Source of the DNA: Clostridiales bacterium
GTDB lineage: Bacteria > Bacillota > Sulfobacillia > Sulfobacillales > Sulfobacillaceae
NCBI GenBank assembly: GCA_027365485.1
Contig: DAHXNH010000185.1
Coordinates: forward strand, 955-64,954
Direction: 5' to 3'
DNA length: 64,000 bases
Part shown: positions 50,485 to 59,904 of the stretch, piece after piece
Layout: every line of letters starts with the position of its first letter
Position numbering within the stretch: the first letter of the stretch is position 1
Position numbers and translations under genes: made by a program
The notes under the pieces: model-generated
What the model was told of the DNA's origin: nothing
Database searches by the model: none
The model's input: only the letters and a program-made list of their open reading frames with translations

Positions 50485-51483
50485 ATGACTTTTTTGATAG
50501 AAATGTACTACGACGACGCGGCCAACTTAGAGGTTTTGCGCGGCAAAACCGTCGCTGTGCTGGGTTACGGAAGCCAAGGCCATGCTCAAGCGCAAAATCT
50601 CCGCGACAGCGGAGTCAAAACCATCATTGGCCTGAGACCGGGGGCTTCCTGGCAACAGGCAGAAGAAGACGGATTTGCCGTCATGACCGTGGATAAAGCC
50701 GTTCAGCAGGCCGACATCATCCAAATTCTTTTGCCCGACGAACGGCAGGCCAAGGTCTATGAAGAACAAATTGCTCCCCACCTCAAAGCCGGGCAGGCAT
50801 TGCTATTTTCTCACGGATTCAACATTCATTTCGGGCAGATTATTCCTCGCCACGATATTGACGTAATCATGGTCGCTCCCAAGGGGCCGGGCCATCTGGT
50901 GCGCCGCGTCTATACCGAAGGCGGCGGGGTGCCAGCGTTAATCGCCATTCATCAAGACGCCACCGGCCAAGCCAAGATGATTGCCCTAGCGCACGCCAAG
51001 GGCATCGGTGCCACCCGTGCCGGAGTTTTGGAAACGAGCTTTAGAGAAGAAACTGAAACCGACTTGTTTGGCGAACAGGCGGTTTTGTGTGGAGGCATCA
51101 CATCGTTAGTAAAAGCCGGATTCGACACGCTGGTAGCCGCTGGCTATCAGCCCGAAATCGCCTATTTTGAGTGCTTTCACGAGTTAAAGCTCATCGTCGA
51201 TCTCATGTACGAAGGCGGGCTGGCGCGCATGCTGTATTCCATCAGCGACACTGCAGAATTTGGCGCCTATCGATCTGGCCCCAAAGTGATTACTGAAGAG
51301 ACCAAAAAGGCGATGGCGCAGATCTTACACGCTATCCAGGACGGAGAATTCGCCAAGGATTGGATTTTGGAAAATCAGGCCAATCGTCCTGGATTTAATG
51401 CGCTCCGTGACCAGACCCGACAACATCCGATTGAAGAAGTCGGCGCCAGGCTTCGAGAGATGATGTCATGGATCAAACCCTAG
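50485..51483 (+). CDS. ilvC: ketol-acid reductoisomerase
   Basis: [23 protein letters not shown] motif and [11 protein letters not shown] motif. The true start may be TTG 50494 or ATG 50503. Confidence 0.9.
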   Translation: MTFLIEMYYDDAANLEVLRGKTVAVLGYGSQGHAQAQNLRDSGVKTIIGLRPGASWQQAEEDGFAVMTVDKAVQQADIIQILLPDERQAKVYEEQIAPHLKAGQALLFSHGFNIHFGQIIPRHDIDVIMVAPKGPGHLVRRVYTEGGGVPALIAIHQDATGQAKMIALAHAKGIGATRAGVLETSFREETETDLFGEQAVLCGGITSLVKAGFDTLVAAGYQPEIAYFECFHELKLIVDLMYEGGLARMLYSISDTAEFGAYRSGPKVITEETKKAMAQILHAIQDGEFAKDWILENQANRPGFNALRDQTRQHPIEEVGARLREMMSWIKP

Positions 51484-51559
51484 GTTAAGCCCCATATTCG
51501 AGCCCCCGAATCAGCCACCATGGGGGCTCGAAGCCTAAGGCTCACGCAGAGGGAATCTT

Positions 51560-52318
51560 TTATCCGTAAAATCTGAGAACGTCCGATTCCCTATCTTTCC
51601 CCTTTCGGTCGTCGTACCATCGGCTGAGGCCATCGACCACACCTAGGGCACCCGGTTGATCGCTCAGCCAGATAGACGCATCTTGCAACCCCCTAAGCGT
51701 GGCCACCGCGTTTGCCACCACCACGCCCGGAAATTTTCCTTCTAATAAGTCGCGGTCGTTCTCCCCATCCCCAGCCACAAAACAATGGCGAGGCCTGATG
51801 GCCATTCGAGTTAAAATATGGTTTAATGCCCGGCATTTTTGCGCTCGAGCCGGCAAAATATCGAGTCGTCCATCGTGGGCGTCCCATAGCACTCGGGCGG
51901 CTACCTGTTCGCGACCCAGCCGGCGGCGCACTTCCTCAACCAGATCGACATGATCGACATTAAAGGCTAAACGCCAGTGTGAACTTCGGCTTCGGTAATG
52001 GACTCCGGGCAATGCTTCCAGTGACTTTTTAATTTTGCGCGGAGACCAGTCTTGCCGCAATTGAAAAGCCCAGATATCGTCCAAGGCCATGTGCCTTCCC
52101 CAATAAATTTCGGATCCGACTTCGGTGGCGATGGCGATAGGGGGCGGAAACCCATAGCGATGAATGACGGCTTCTGCGTTGTGCCGGGTGCGGCCGGTCA
52201 AATAGACCACGGTCAGCCCCGGGTGATCCTGAACAAATTGACTAAATCGTTCCTCGCCTCCATGGCCCACTAATGTGCCATCAATATCCGTGGCCAAAAC
52301 CCGTTTCAACCCGTTCAC
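51560..52318 (-). CDS. HAD-IIB hydrolase, sucrose-phosphate-phosphatase-like
   Basis: DIDGTLVG nucleophile motif, plus LTGRT and TEVGSEIYWG blocks resembling the SPP (S6PP) family, and GDGENDRDL. Overlaps the upstream GT4 gene by 38 nt. Confidence 0.7.
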   Translation of the reverse strand: MNGLKRVLATDIDGTLVGHGGEERFSQFVQDHPGLTVVYLTGRTRHNAEAVIHRYGFPPPIAIATEVGSEIYWGRHMALDDIWAFQLRQDWSPRKIKKSLEALPGVHYRSRSSHWRLAFNVDHVDLVEEVRRRLGREQVAARVLWDAHDGRLDILPARAQKCRALNHILTRMAIRPRHCFVAGDGENDRDLLEGKFPGVVVANAVATLRGLQDASIWLSDQPGALGVVDGLSRWYDDRKGKDRESDVLRFYG

Positions 52319-53516
52319 CTTCCATCACCTCCTCATACACTCGGACTAACTGCTCACTCATGTAATCCAAGGAGTGATGGCGATGAACTTTGTCATATCC
52401 CGCCTTGCCCAGCATGCGCGCCTTAGCCCCATCTTGCCACAGCGACAACGCCCCATTCAACATGCCTTCAATGTCGTCGGGCTCGTATAATAATCCGTCG
52501 ACCCCGGGTGTGATCCAATCGCTCACGCCCGTCACCCGACTGCCCACCACGGGCTTCCCACAAGCCAAGGCTTCGACCACAGCCATGCCTAAGGTCGGTC
52601 CTTGATTCGGAGCCAGCACCACCCCGGCCGCCGAAAGATATTGAGCGACTGCTCCATGCGGCATAGGGCCCAAGAATTTCACCCGCTCGCCTAGGCTCTG
52701 CTTCAACTGCGCCAAAACCGGATCGGCCGGCCGCCCATGCACCACCTCCCCTCGATCTCCTCCCAGCACCAAAAGGCAAAATTCCGGCGGCAGGTCCCGC
52801 TCGCTCATCACCTTCAGCAGACCCAGAATTCCTCGCCCATGAGACAGTCTTCCCACATAAATTGCTGGTCGCCGCTTGAGGTTTAGGCCCTTCAGCACCG
52901 GGCCGCAGTCTCGCTCAAAAAACGTGGTCGATTCGATAGCCGGGGGAATCACGTAAAGCGGGGTTCTCGGCGAATCCGCGTGAATCAATTCTCCTTCGTC
53001 AAGATAATTGACGACAACCGCCGCCACTTCATTGATCAAACTCCGTTCGATTTCAACCCGCCGGGCGGGCAGCGGCTGCCCCGCCCGGTGGATCCACTTT
53101 GCCATCTTATACGGCGAATGGATCCAAGGGATTTTTAGTCGTTCGGAAAGTTCCTGGGCAACCATCCCCGACACCCAAAAGTGGCTATGGATTAGGCCGT
53201 ATTCACTACCTTCAGCTTGAATTTTGGCATAGATCCGGTCGGCGATTTCATCAGCCATAGCCACCCAATCAATATCTTCTTGGGGAAAGTCTCGTTCACT
53301 GCCGATCCGCACCACCCGGCTCATGTGGGCCAACTGCGAGCCCACGGGCGCAAACCTTCGGCTTTGACGATAGGTAAACACATCGGTGCCCACCCCCTGG
53401 CGCGCCAAACCTCGAACCGCTTCTCGGACCAAGATTTGCTGCCCGCCAACCGCTCCGCCGTCCATCGGATTGAGAGGATCGGCGGTGAGCGATAATTCTA
53501 GTACCCGTCCAATCAT
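52281..53516 (-). CDS. GT4 glycosyltransferase, sucrose-phosphate-synthase-like
   Basis: N-terminal GGAVGGQQILVREAVRGLA block (DxGGQ-type) and a C-terminal GT-B EX7E region. ATG at 53516 follows AGGAGG. Confidence 0.7.
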   Translation of the reverse strand: MIGRVLELSLTADPLNPMDGGAVGGQQILVREAVRGLARQGVGTDVFTYRQSRRFAPVGSQLAHMSRVVRIGSERDFPQEDIDWVAMADEIADRIYAKIQAEGSEYGLIHSHFWVSGMVAQELSERLKIPWIHSPYKMAKWIHRAGQPLPARRVEIERSLINEVAAVVVNYLDEGELIHADSPRTPLYVIPPAIESTTFFERDCGPVLKGLNLKRRPAIYVGRLSHGRGILGLLKVMSERDLPPEFCLLVLGGDRGEVVHGRPADPVLAQLKQSLGERVKFLGPMPHGAVAQYLSAAGVVLAPNQGPTLGMAVVEALACGKPVVGSRVTGVSDWITPGVDGLLYEPDDIEGMLNGALSLWQDGAKARMLGKAGYDKVHRHHSLDYMSEQLVRVYEEVMEGERVETGFGHGY

Positions 53517-53536
53517 GCTATACCTCCTAAACGCAA

Positions 53537-53566
53537 CAAAAAACGCTCCGACCACATGGGGAGCGT
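53537..53566 (-). terminator. intrinsic terminator (riboswitch expression platform)
   Basis: The minus strand reads ACGCTCC-N10-GGAGCGT followed by TTTTTT, ending ~15 nt before the AGGAGG SD of the GT4 gene. Confidence 0.6.
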
Positions 53567-53598
53567 AAAGGGTTTACCGCTATGACACCTTTGCCCCC

Positions 53599-53718
53599 GA
53601 CGCCTGCGAAGTTAGCTGACGGATTAGGACGGAAATGGCTCGCCCTTCGCAATTTCTTGCGATTCACCCCATAGACTACTTGGTTCCTCCGCTCTTGCTC
53701 TTGGCAAGATTAGGCGTA
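53599..53718 (-). promoter_or_regulatory. c-di-AMP riboswitch aptamer (ydaO/kimA class)
   Basis: Minus-strand blocks are ACGCCUAAUCU, AGAGCGGAGGAACCAAG, GGGGUGAAUCGC, GCGAAGGGCGAG and CCUAAUCCGUCAGCUAACUUCGCAGGCGU. They match, block for block, the B. subtilis ydaO leader as I recall it, including P1 pairing ACGCC/GGCGU. Confidence 0.7.
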
Positions 53719-53762
53719 TTTAGTGTACGCAACAGTTGTTACCAAACCGTTACCGCTTCATC

Positions 53763-53791
53763 AGTATAAGAATTTACGGCGTGATCGTCAA
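53763..53791 (-). promoter_or_regulatory. sigma-A-type promoter TTGACG-17-TATACT
   Basis: Read on the minus strand, it lies ~45 nt upstream of the riboswitch P1. Confidence 0.5.
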
Positions 53792-53840
53792 TCGGTAAGG
53801 GCTCGCACCTGGGCCGAGAGAAAGTCAAACCCTATCGGCC

Positions 53841-53882
53841 GCCCAAAGCGACGGCAAAACGAACGTCCAACCGAACCGTCGC
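53841..53882 (-). terminator. possible ftsY terminator hairpin
   Basis: The minus strand reads GCGACGG-N21-CCGTCGC followed by TTTGGG, 35 nt after the ftsY stop. Confidence 0.3.
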
Positions 53883-53914
53883 CAGGTCTGTGAAGAACCG
53901 GTTCGGCTCTGACT

Positions 53915-54850
53915 TCACTCGGAATTCCCTTGGGTTTCCCCCAAGATCGCGGACACGTAAGCTTTGGCATCAAAAACCATTAAATCATCGAGACTCTCGC
54001 CCACGCCCACCCAACGAATCGGAAGATGCAAGGTTCTCGCGATGGTCAAAGCCACCCCGCCTTTAGCCGTACCATCTAATTTCGTCAGCACAATTCCGCT
54101 GACCGCGACGGTCTTCACAAACGTTTCCGCCTGAGACAATCCATTTTGACCTGTTGTCGCGTCTAACACCAACCACACTTCATGAGGAGCACCGTTCAAG
54201 GCGCGCCCTATGACGCGATGCACTTTGGCTAATTCTTGCATCAACTGGGCTTTATTGTGCAAGCGCCCGGCGGTGTCGATGATGGCTAAATCCATGCCTC
54301 GAGCCACCGCGGCGGTGACGGTGTCATAGGCCACTGCGGCCGAATCGGCTCCGATCGCCTGACTTACCACCGGAACCTCCGCGCGTTTGGCCCAGACCGC
54401 CAATTGTTCGATGGCAGCGGCTCGAAAGGTATCCGCCGCCCCTAAAATCACCTGATGGCCCCTAGCTTTCATCATCGCGGCCAACTTCCCCGCGGTCGTC
54501 GTCTTTCCGGTCCCGTTCACCCCCACCAACATCCATACCACTGGCCGTTCAGGGGGTAGGTACCAAGGGTCTCGATCGTCGCCGGCCAAGTCAACAATCA
54601 TGGCTCGGCGCAGCATTTCAACGACCTCATCGGCAAGTTTCGGCCGCTTTTGCCGGACCAAGGCGCGCGTCTCTTCCAACAAATGGCTGACCGTATCCAC
54701 ACCCAGGTCAGCCTCATACAAGATTTCTTCCAGCGAGTCCCACAACTCATCACTCCACTGACGGCCAGCAAACACCGCCCGAATCCGGTCTCCCAGCCCC
54801 TGGCGCGTTCGCGAAAGCCCCCCTCGGAGCCGTTCCCACAATCCCGGCAT
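53915..54850 (-). CDS. ftsY: signal recognition particle receptor FtsY
   Basis: GVNGTGKTT, DTAGR and TKLDG motifs. Confidence 0.95.
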   Translation of the reverse strand: MPGLWERLRGGLSRTRQGLGDRIRAVFAGRQWSDELWDSLEEILYEADLGVDTVSHLLEETRALVRQKRPKLADEVVEMLRRAMIVDLAGDDRDPWYLPPERPVVWMLVGVNGTGKTTTAGKLAAMMKARGHQVILGAADTFRAAAIEQLAVWAKRAEVPVVSQAIGADSAAVAYDTVTAAVARGMDLAIIDTAGRLHNKAQLMQELAKVHRVIGRALNGAPHEVWLVLDATTGQNGLSQAETFVKTVAVSGIVLTKLDGTAKGGVALTIARTLHLPIRWVGVGESLDDLMVFDAKAYVSAILGETQGNSE

Positions 54851-54865
54851 AATTCTTACCTCCGT

Positions 54866-57800
54866 CTATCCAAAAGTGGCATGCGGTGGTTCCAAAAGCA
54901 CCGAAACCACTCGGCTTTGCCCACGTCCATTGCCACTAACCCCCCACAAGGCGGCAGCAGCTTCCATGGTGGCCTTGTGGTGGGTAATCACAATGAACTG
55001 GCTTTCCGCTCCGCGATCCGCCAAATAACGGCCAAAGCGCTCCGCATTCATTTCATCGAGCGATGCCTCCACCTCATCTAATACGACAAAGGGAGCCCGG
55101 CGAATACTTAACAGACTAAACAGCCAAGCCAACCCGCCCAGCGCCTTTTCACCACCGGAGAGCAAGTTTAACCGAGCAGGCCGTTTACCCGGTGGCGCCA
55201 CAAAAAGGTCGACTCCCGGTTCGTCATCGTTGGTCCAGCGAAAGGTTGCACTGCCGCCGCCAAATAAGGTTTCGCATGCCTGCCGAAAGGCCGCCTCCAC
55301 GCGATCCGCGGTCTCTCGAACCCGGGAGTTCACCAATTCGTCGAGCTCCGCTAAAGTCGATTCAAGTTCTACCTTGGCCGCTTTCACATCCTCCTCCTCG
55401 GCGCCTAAATCCTCTTGGCGTTTGTTCAAATCGCGCCAACGGCTAAGACTCCCCCGATCCACCGGACCAATCTCGGCAATTTCGACCCGAAGGCGCTTAA
55501 GTTCGCGTTCCGCCTGGGCCAACTGCTTTGCATTCATCGGTTCTAGAGCTTTTTCAAAGTCTTCTAAGGGCGACGATTCCCATCGTAGGGTAATCATATC
55601 CAACTGCCGTCTCCTTTGGGTTAGCCGGCCCTCGCCGTTAGCCAACTGCTGCTCCAACGAACGCGTTTGCTCCGCCAGTCCGCGCCGGTCGGCTCCTAAT
55701 CCTTCCTGCCGCGACGATATCATCTCAAAGTCATGGGCAATGGCTGCTCTCCGTTCCCGCCTGGTCTCGGCCTCCATCCGCCACGTCTGAGCCTCTGCCT
55801 TGTGGCTGTCACGCAGGTGCGAAAGCTTCTGTACCCGCTCCTCAATCCCTTCCAGTTCCACTTGCCATCGTTCTCGTTCCGCTGCATCGCGAGCCTGCAT
55901 AGCCTGTTGGAGCGCGGCTTTTCCTTGATGCTCGGCCTGACGCGTCGTCACCTGGGCGATTTCCTGCTCCTTGGCATTGATCGCCGACTGCAGGGTCTCG
56001 GAGGACCGATCATGCTCCACAATAGCCGCCTTTAAGGCGGTTCGTTCTGCCACCAAAAGGCGCTCTCGTTCCGCCAAGGTGCCAGGGTCATCTTGTTGCG
56101 ACAGAGTGGCAATCAAGGCTTCATCGTGCTGCCATGCCGTCTTACGCTGGACCAATCTCTGACTGGTCTGCTCCAAATCGGCGCTCACTTGTTTCAGTTG
56201 GGCTTGAACCGTCTCCAATTCCCGCTGACACTCATCTTTTTCAGCCTGTATGCGATCTAGCGCGGATTTCAGCCGGCCGATTTCTTTGCCGCTGCCGTCG
56301 CCAATGGACGGTCTTTGACCTCCGGTAATCGCCCCCCCCACCAAGACCACTTGGCCATCGAGAGTGACGGTGCGGAAACGGAAGCGATGAATTCGACCAA
56401 TTCTGGTCGCGTCTTCCAACCTCTCCACCACGAGGACCCGACCTAACACATGGTACACTGCAGGCTTTAGGTCTTGCTCAAACCTCACCAAATTCGCCGC
56501 CCAGCCAACCGCTCCCGGCATCTCAGCGTACCCTAAGTCCGCGCTTGACAGTTCTCGAACACTGAGAATGTCCAAGGGTAAAAACGTGGCTCGACCCCGC
56601 TGTCCGGTCTTTAACCACTCCACCCATCGGCGCGCATCTTCCTCGCGATCCACGACTAAGTCTTGATGCCCTCCGCCTAAAGCTACCGCCAAAGCGTCCC
56701 GAAATTCTGGCTCGGTTTCGATGAGCGAACCGAGAATCCCTCTGGGGGCCAAAATCCCACCTTGGTTGGCCTGCGCCAGCACTGCCCGCACACCGGGAGA
56801 CAGTCCAGGACCGGTTTGACTCGTTCGAGCCCGAGCTTGCCATTCGGTGGAAGCCAGGGCCCAATTCTGTTCCAACTTCCTGAATTGGGTTTGCAAAACG
56901 CGCTGACGACTTTCTATGTCGGCGCGAACAGCGAGAAATCGGTCGCGGTCACGACCAAGCGAAAGCATCTCCTCGGCCTGCCGTTGATGATCTATTACGC
57001 GCTGTCGCCAACGCTCATTTAAACGGTCGCTATCATCGACCCCCAACCAAGCTTGAAACCGACTTTTGGCTTGACCCAACTCTAACAACGCTTGATCGAG
57101 GGCCGCGAGTTGGGCCGCTAGAGGTTCGCGTTGGTCAAGGTGTTCGCGAAGACGGCGTTGGATTTCCTCTAATTCAGACTTAAAGTGCCGAGCACGGGCA
57201 AAAAAACTCTCTTCTTCAACGGGCCCCATCGGTTCAACCACACTAGTGTTTGAGTCAGCGATCCACTGCGACAATTGATCTGCGCGAGTCAGCAGACTTT
57301 CCAATTCGCGCTCATATCCGGCAATAATCGCTTCTGCCTTGACCAGTCCGGTCTCAGCTTCACTTACGGATTGAGTGGCAGCCTCCAGCGCTTCCCGAAG
57401 GCTAGACCACTGGCCCCTTAGCTGCCTATCTTCTTCGTCCAGTTCTCGCTGTTTTTGCTCGCGCTTAAAAATCTCGCCTCGAATTCGACCCGCTTCTTGC
57501 TCCTCGGCCGCACACTCTGCCGTCAAACGGATGACCTCCGCCTCGTCAATGGCAAACCGGGTCCGTCTCACCTCAGCACTCAGTTCGTTGGCACGAGCGG
57601 ACAACTGATCCAGCCGCTCCTCGACCTGGGCTCGTCGCTTCACCCCGTCGGCCTCTAAAGCCACCTCCGCAATGAGGTCCCGAAGTCGAGTTAACTTCAC
57701 CTCGACTTCGGCTAAATGTTGGACCGTTTCGCGTCGGCGAAGCCTGTAACGCGACACCCCCGACGATTCCTCCAACTGTTCCAGACGCTCTTTAGGCTTT

Positions 57801-58255
57801 AACAGAAGTGCGGATTCCACCCCTCCTTGACTGATGATGGCGTAGTTGGAACGGCCGAGCCCGCTATCCAAAAACAGATCGGTGACATCTTTCAAGCGAA
57901 CCACTCGTCCGTTTAGCAAATATTCGGACTCGCCGTTGCGGTAATAACGTCGCGTAACCGTCAGCGTGTCTGGCCAATCTGGATCATGGGAATTTGCTTC
58001 GTCAAAGGTTAGTACCACTTCTGCTAACCGCGCAGGTAAAAGGCCTCCCTCACCGGAAAATAAAATGTCAGGCCAACGCTCGGCGCGCAATTCTCTAGGT
58101 CGCTGTTCGCCCAAAGCCCAGCGCAGCGCATCGACCACATTGCTTTTACCACCGCCATTAGGTCCGACCAAAGCGGTAATCCCACGAGGAAACTCGATCA
58201 CCGTTTCTGTCGCAAAAGACTTGAAACCATACATGGTCATTCGTTTCAGGTACAC
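54866..58255 (-). CDS. smc: chromosome segregation protein SMC
   Basis: N-terminal YLKRMTMYGFKSF...GPNGGGKSN, long coiled coils, a hinge, and C-terminal LSGGEKAL...LDEVEASLD. GTG at 58255. Confidence 0.95.
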   Translation of the reverse strand: MYLKRMTMYGFKSFATETVIEFPRGITALVGPNGGGKSNVVDALRWALGEQRPRELRAERWPDILFSGEGGLLPARLAEVVLTFDEANSHDPDWPDTLTVTRRYYRNGESEYLLNGRVVRLKDVTDLFLDSGLGRSNYAIISQGGVESALLLKPKERLEQLEESSGVSRYRLRRRETVQHLAEVEVKLTRLRDLIAEVALEADGVKRRAQVEERLDQLSARANELSAEVRRTRFAIDEAEVIRLTAECAAEEQEAGRIRGEIFKREQKQRELDEEDRQLRGQWSSLREALEAATQSVSEAETGLVKAEAIIAGYERELESLLTRADQLSQWIADSNTSVVEPMGPVEEESFFARARHFKSELEEIQRRLREHLDQREPLAAQLAALDQALLELGQAKSRFQAWLGVDDSDRLNERWRQRVIDHQRQAEEMLSLGRDRDRFLAVRADIESRQRVLQTQFRKLEQNWALASTEWQARARTSQTGPGLSPGVRAVLAQANQGGILAPRGILGSLIETEPEFRDALAVALGGGHQDLVVDREEDARRWVEWLKTGQRGRATFLPLDILSVRELSSADLGYAEMPGAVGWAANLVRFEQDLKPAVYHVLGRVLVVERLEDATRIGRIHRFRFRTVTLDGQVVLVGGAITGGQRPSIGDGSGKEIGRLKSALDRIQAEKDECQRELETVQAQLKQVSADLEQTSQRLVQRKTAWQHDEALIATLSQQDDPGTLAERERLLVAERTALKAAIVEHDRSSETLQSAINAKEQEIAQVTTRQAEHQGKAALQQAMQARDAAERERWQVELEGIEERVQKLSHLRDSHKAEAQTWRMEAETRRERRAAIAHDFEMISSRQEGLGADRRGLAEQTRSLEQQLANGEGRLTQRRRQLDMITLRWESSPLEDFEKALEPMNAKQLAQAERELKRLRVEIAEIGPVDRGSLSRWRDLNKRQEDLGAEEEDVKAAKVELESTLAELDELVNSRVRETADRVEAAFRQACETLFGGGSATFRWTNDDEPGVDLFVAPPGKRPARLNLLSGGEKALGGLAWLFSLLSIRRAPFVVLDEVEASLDEMNAERFGRYLADRGAESQFIVITHHKATMEAAAALWGVSGNGRGQSRVVSVLLEPPHATFG

Positions 58256-58621
58256 GCACACCCATCCTTACTCTGAACCTGTCCCCCGCCATTCACCTTT
58301 GTCCAAGCCTTGGCGAACCTCTTGCATGATGTTCTCATGGTACCATTGGAGGCTCGCCCCTTCCAATATCCGACGGGTCTAACCTGAGCTCGATGCCCCC
58401 GGAGGCCAGGAAAAAATCCGCCGCCCCCAAGAGCAGCGCTTGCCCGTTTTAGACGTCGCCTGGATTTCACTCGCTCTGCGCTCTTAGCCTAACATCCTCC
58501 GCGATTTCTACAAGCGCCTGAGCCACTAACCCCCTCGTCGATTCTTCGGTCCTATTTGGTCTTCTAGAATTGTCTTGGAATTCCTGTATCTGCGAAAATA
58601 GTAGGGAGCAGTCGAAGCATC

Positions 58622-58649
58622 GGGAAATCTTTACAGGATTTCTGTAAAG
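58622..58649. promoter_or_regulatory. overlapping palindromes (candidate operator) upstream of the wHTH gene
   Basis: CTTTACAG(58629..58636)-N5-CTGTAAAG(58642..58649) overlaps GAAATC-N7-GATTTC. It sits 48-75 nt upstream of ATG 58697. Confidence 0.3.
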
Positions 58650-58696
58650 GCTAAACCCGCCTTCGTATGTAATAAGAATTTCCAGGAGGCAATGGC

Positions 58697-59260
58697 ATGG
58701 ACGTGTTAGAAAAAATTGTAAGTCTAATTCTGCAAGATCCGTTTCTCACGGCCGCAGAAATAGCCCGGCGGTTGGGTTATTCCGAGGAAAAGACCGTGTA
58801 TTACTGGATTGACAAAGCGCACTATTCTAGCTTGGTAGCTTTCAAACGGGCGGTGCTCAGCGGCCAATATCAGCCCCAGAGCGCCCAAGAACAATCACCG
58901 CATTATGGCTTGCTCCCTATCATTCGCGGTTTTTCGCGCGATGGTTCCCCGCTTTTGACCGAAAACCGGTATCACGGCATGGCAGCCTTTGGCGATATTC
59001 GCTACGCCTGGCAGTACGACGGTCCCACTCAATGGGTCATTATGGCCGGCGATTGGTTGCTGTTGGCGCCTGTGCGCGACGGTCAGAAAGACCTTAGGGG
59101 ATGGTGCGTGGCCTTCGATCAAGACGGATCAACGCTCATCCGGGTGGCCCTTGCCGCCAGCGAAGGTTCTCAACATCTGGTCATCCCAGAGACCTACCAC
59201 GCTGACGCTTCGGCGGCCCCTCGCTATCTGATTCGCTATCTATTTCGCAGTCTCGAATAG
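58697..59260 (+). CDS. hypothetical regulator: N-terminal winged-HTH plus C-terminal S24/LexA-like beta domain without an obvious Ser/Lys dyad
   Basis: Strong SD AGGAGG. The N-terminus ILQDPFLTAAEIARRLGYSEEKTVYYWI is HTH-like. The C-terminal pattern IMAGDWLLLAP...GWCVAFDQDGSTLIRV resembles the S24 fold. Confidence 0.5.
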   Translation: MDVLEKIVSLILQDPFLTAAEIARRLGYSEEKTVYYWIDKAHYSSLVAFKRAVLSGQYQPQSAQEQSPHYGLLPIIRGFSRDGSPLLTENRYHGMAAFGDIRYAWQYDGPTQWVIMAGDWLLLAPVRDGQKDLRGWCVAFDQDGSTLIRVALAASEGSQHLVIPETYHADASAAPRYLIRYLFRSLE

Positions 59261-59425
59261 TTGCCGCAAGCCTTTCGACGCATTAGTTCCTGGCGGTCAC
59301 AGCGGCCACGGGTCGCGGCCGAGAGGCTCGGCCATGAAACGCCCGAGAGACCGGGCCATTTCATCCATCGGAGGCTCCGATCCGCTGAGTGATCGGCGCA
59401 AATGTCAGCACCAGCGTCAAGGATT

Positions 59426-59454
59426 TTGCTGTCTCGTCGTGATTGTTGTAAAAT
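59426..59454 (+). promoter_or_regulatory. promoter-like element TTGCTG-17-TAAAAT
   Basis: Exact 17-nt spacing, with TG immediately upstream of the -10. About 450 nt of ORF-poor sequence follows. Confidence 0.3.
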
Positions 59455-59808
59455 GACATGGACCTACGTCGAGTGGCAGTCTTTTCTTGTCACCAACCGT
59501 CAGCAAAGCAAGTCACTTGGCAGCACTAGGACTCCCCTGGCGACAAGGCATTCGACCGGAATGAGCTTCTTTAAGGCGAGGCTTCCGAGGTCCCTTCGAT
59601 GGGTACGCCGCTATCTAGATCAAACACTATTTAGGACGAACTATTAAAGAAGCCCAGCGCGGTCAGCGATGAGGGTGCTAGCGAAAATTGGGAGGGTGGT
59701 ATCTATCGACGTCTTTGGCAAATTCTGCTGCCTTAGGATCTGCTGAGGGCGCTTTAATCCTCCGCCTGCCTTGTTTGCCACGGTCCGGCCAGCTTTTCGC
59801 CCACTGGC

Positions 59809-59837
59809 TTTACCCGAACTGAGGCTCACGTTACAAT
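59809..59837 (+). promoter_or_regulatory. promoter-like element TTTACC-17-TACAAT upstream of the PBP gene
   Basis: Exact 17-nt spacing, ~68 nt upstream of GTG 59905. Confidence 0.35.
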
Positions 59838-59904
59838 GACGCTACCGTTTTCGTCGTGGTCGGCGATATCTGGGTGATTTGATTGTCGAAAAGAGGTGTC
59901 GTCG

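Noticed and set aside
59402-59829. ORFs 59402..59647 (+) and 59644..59829 (-) in the region upstream of the PBP gene.
   Set aside because: Neither has an SD, and both have unusual basic composition. The region is treated as non-coding.
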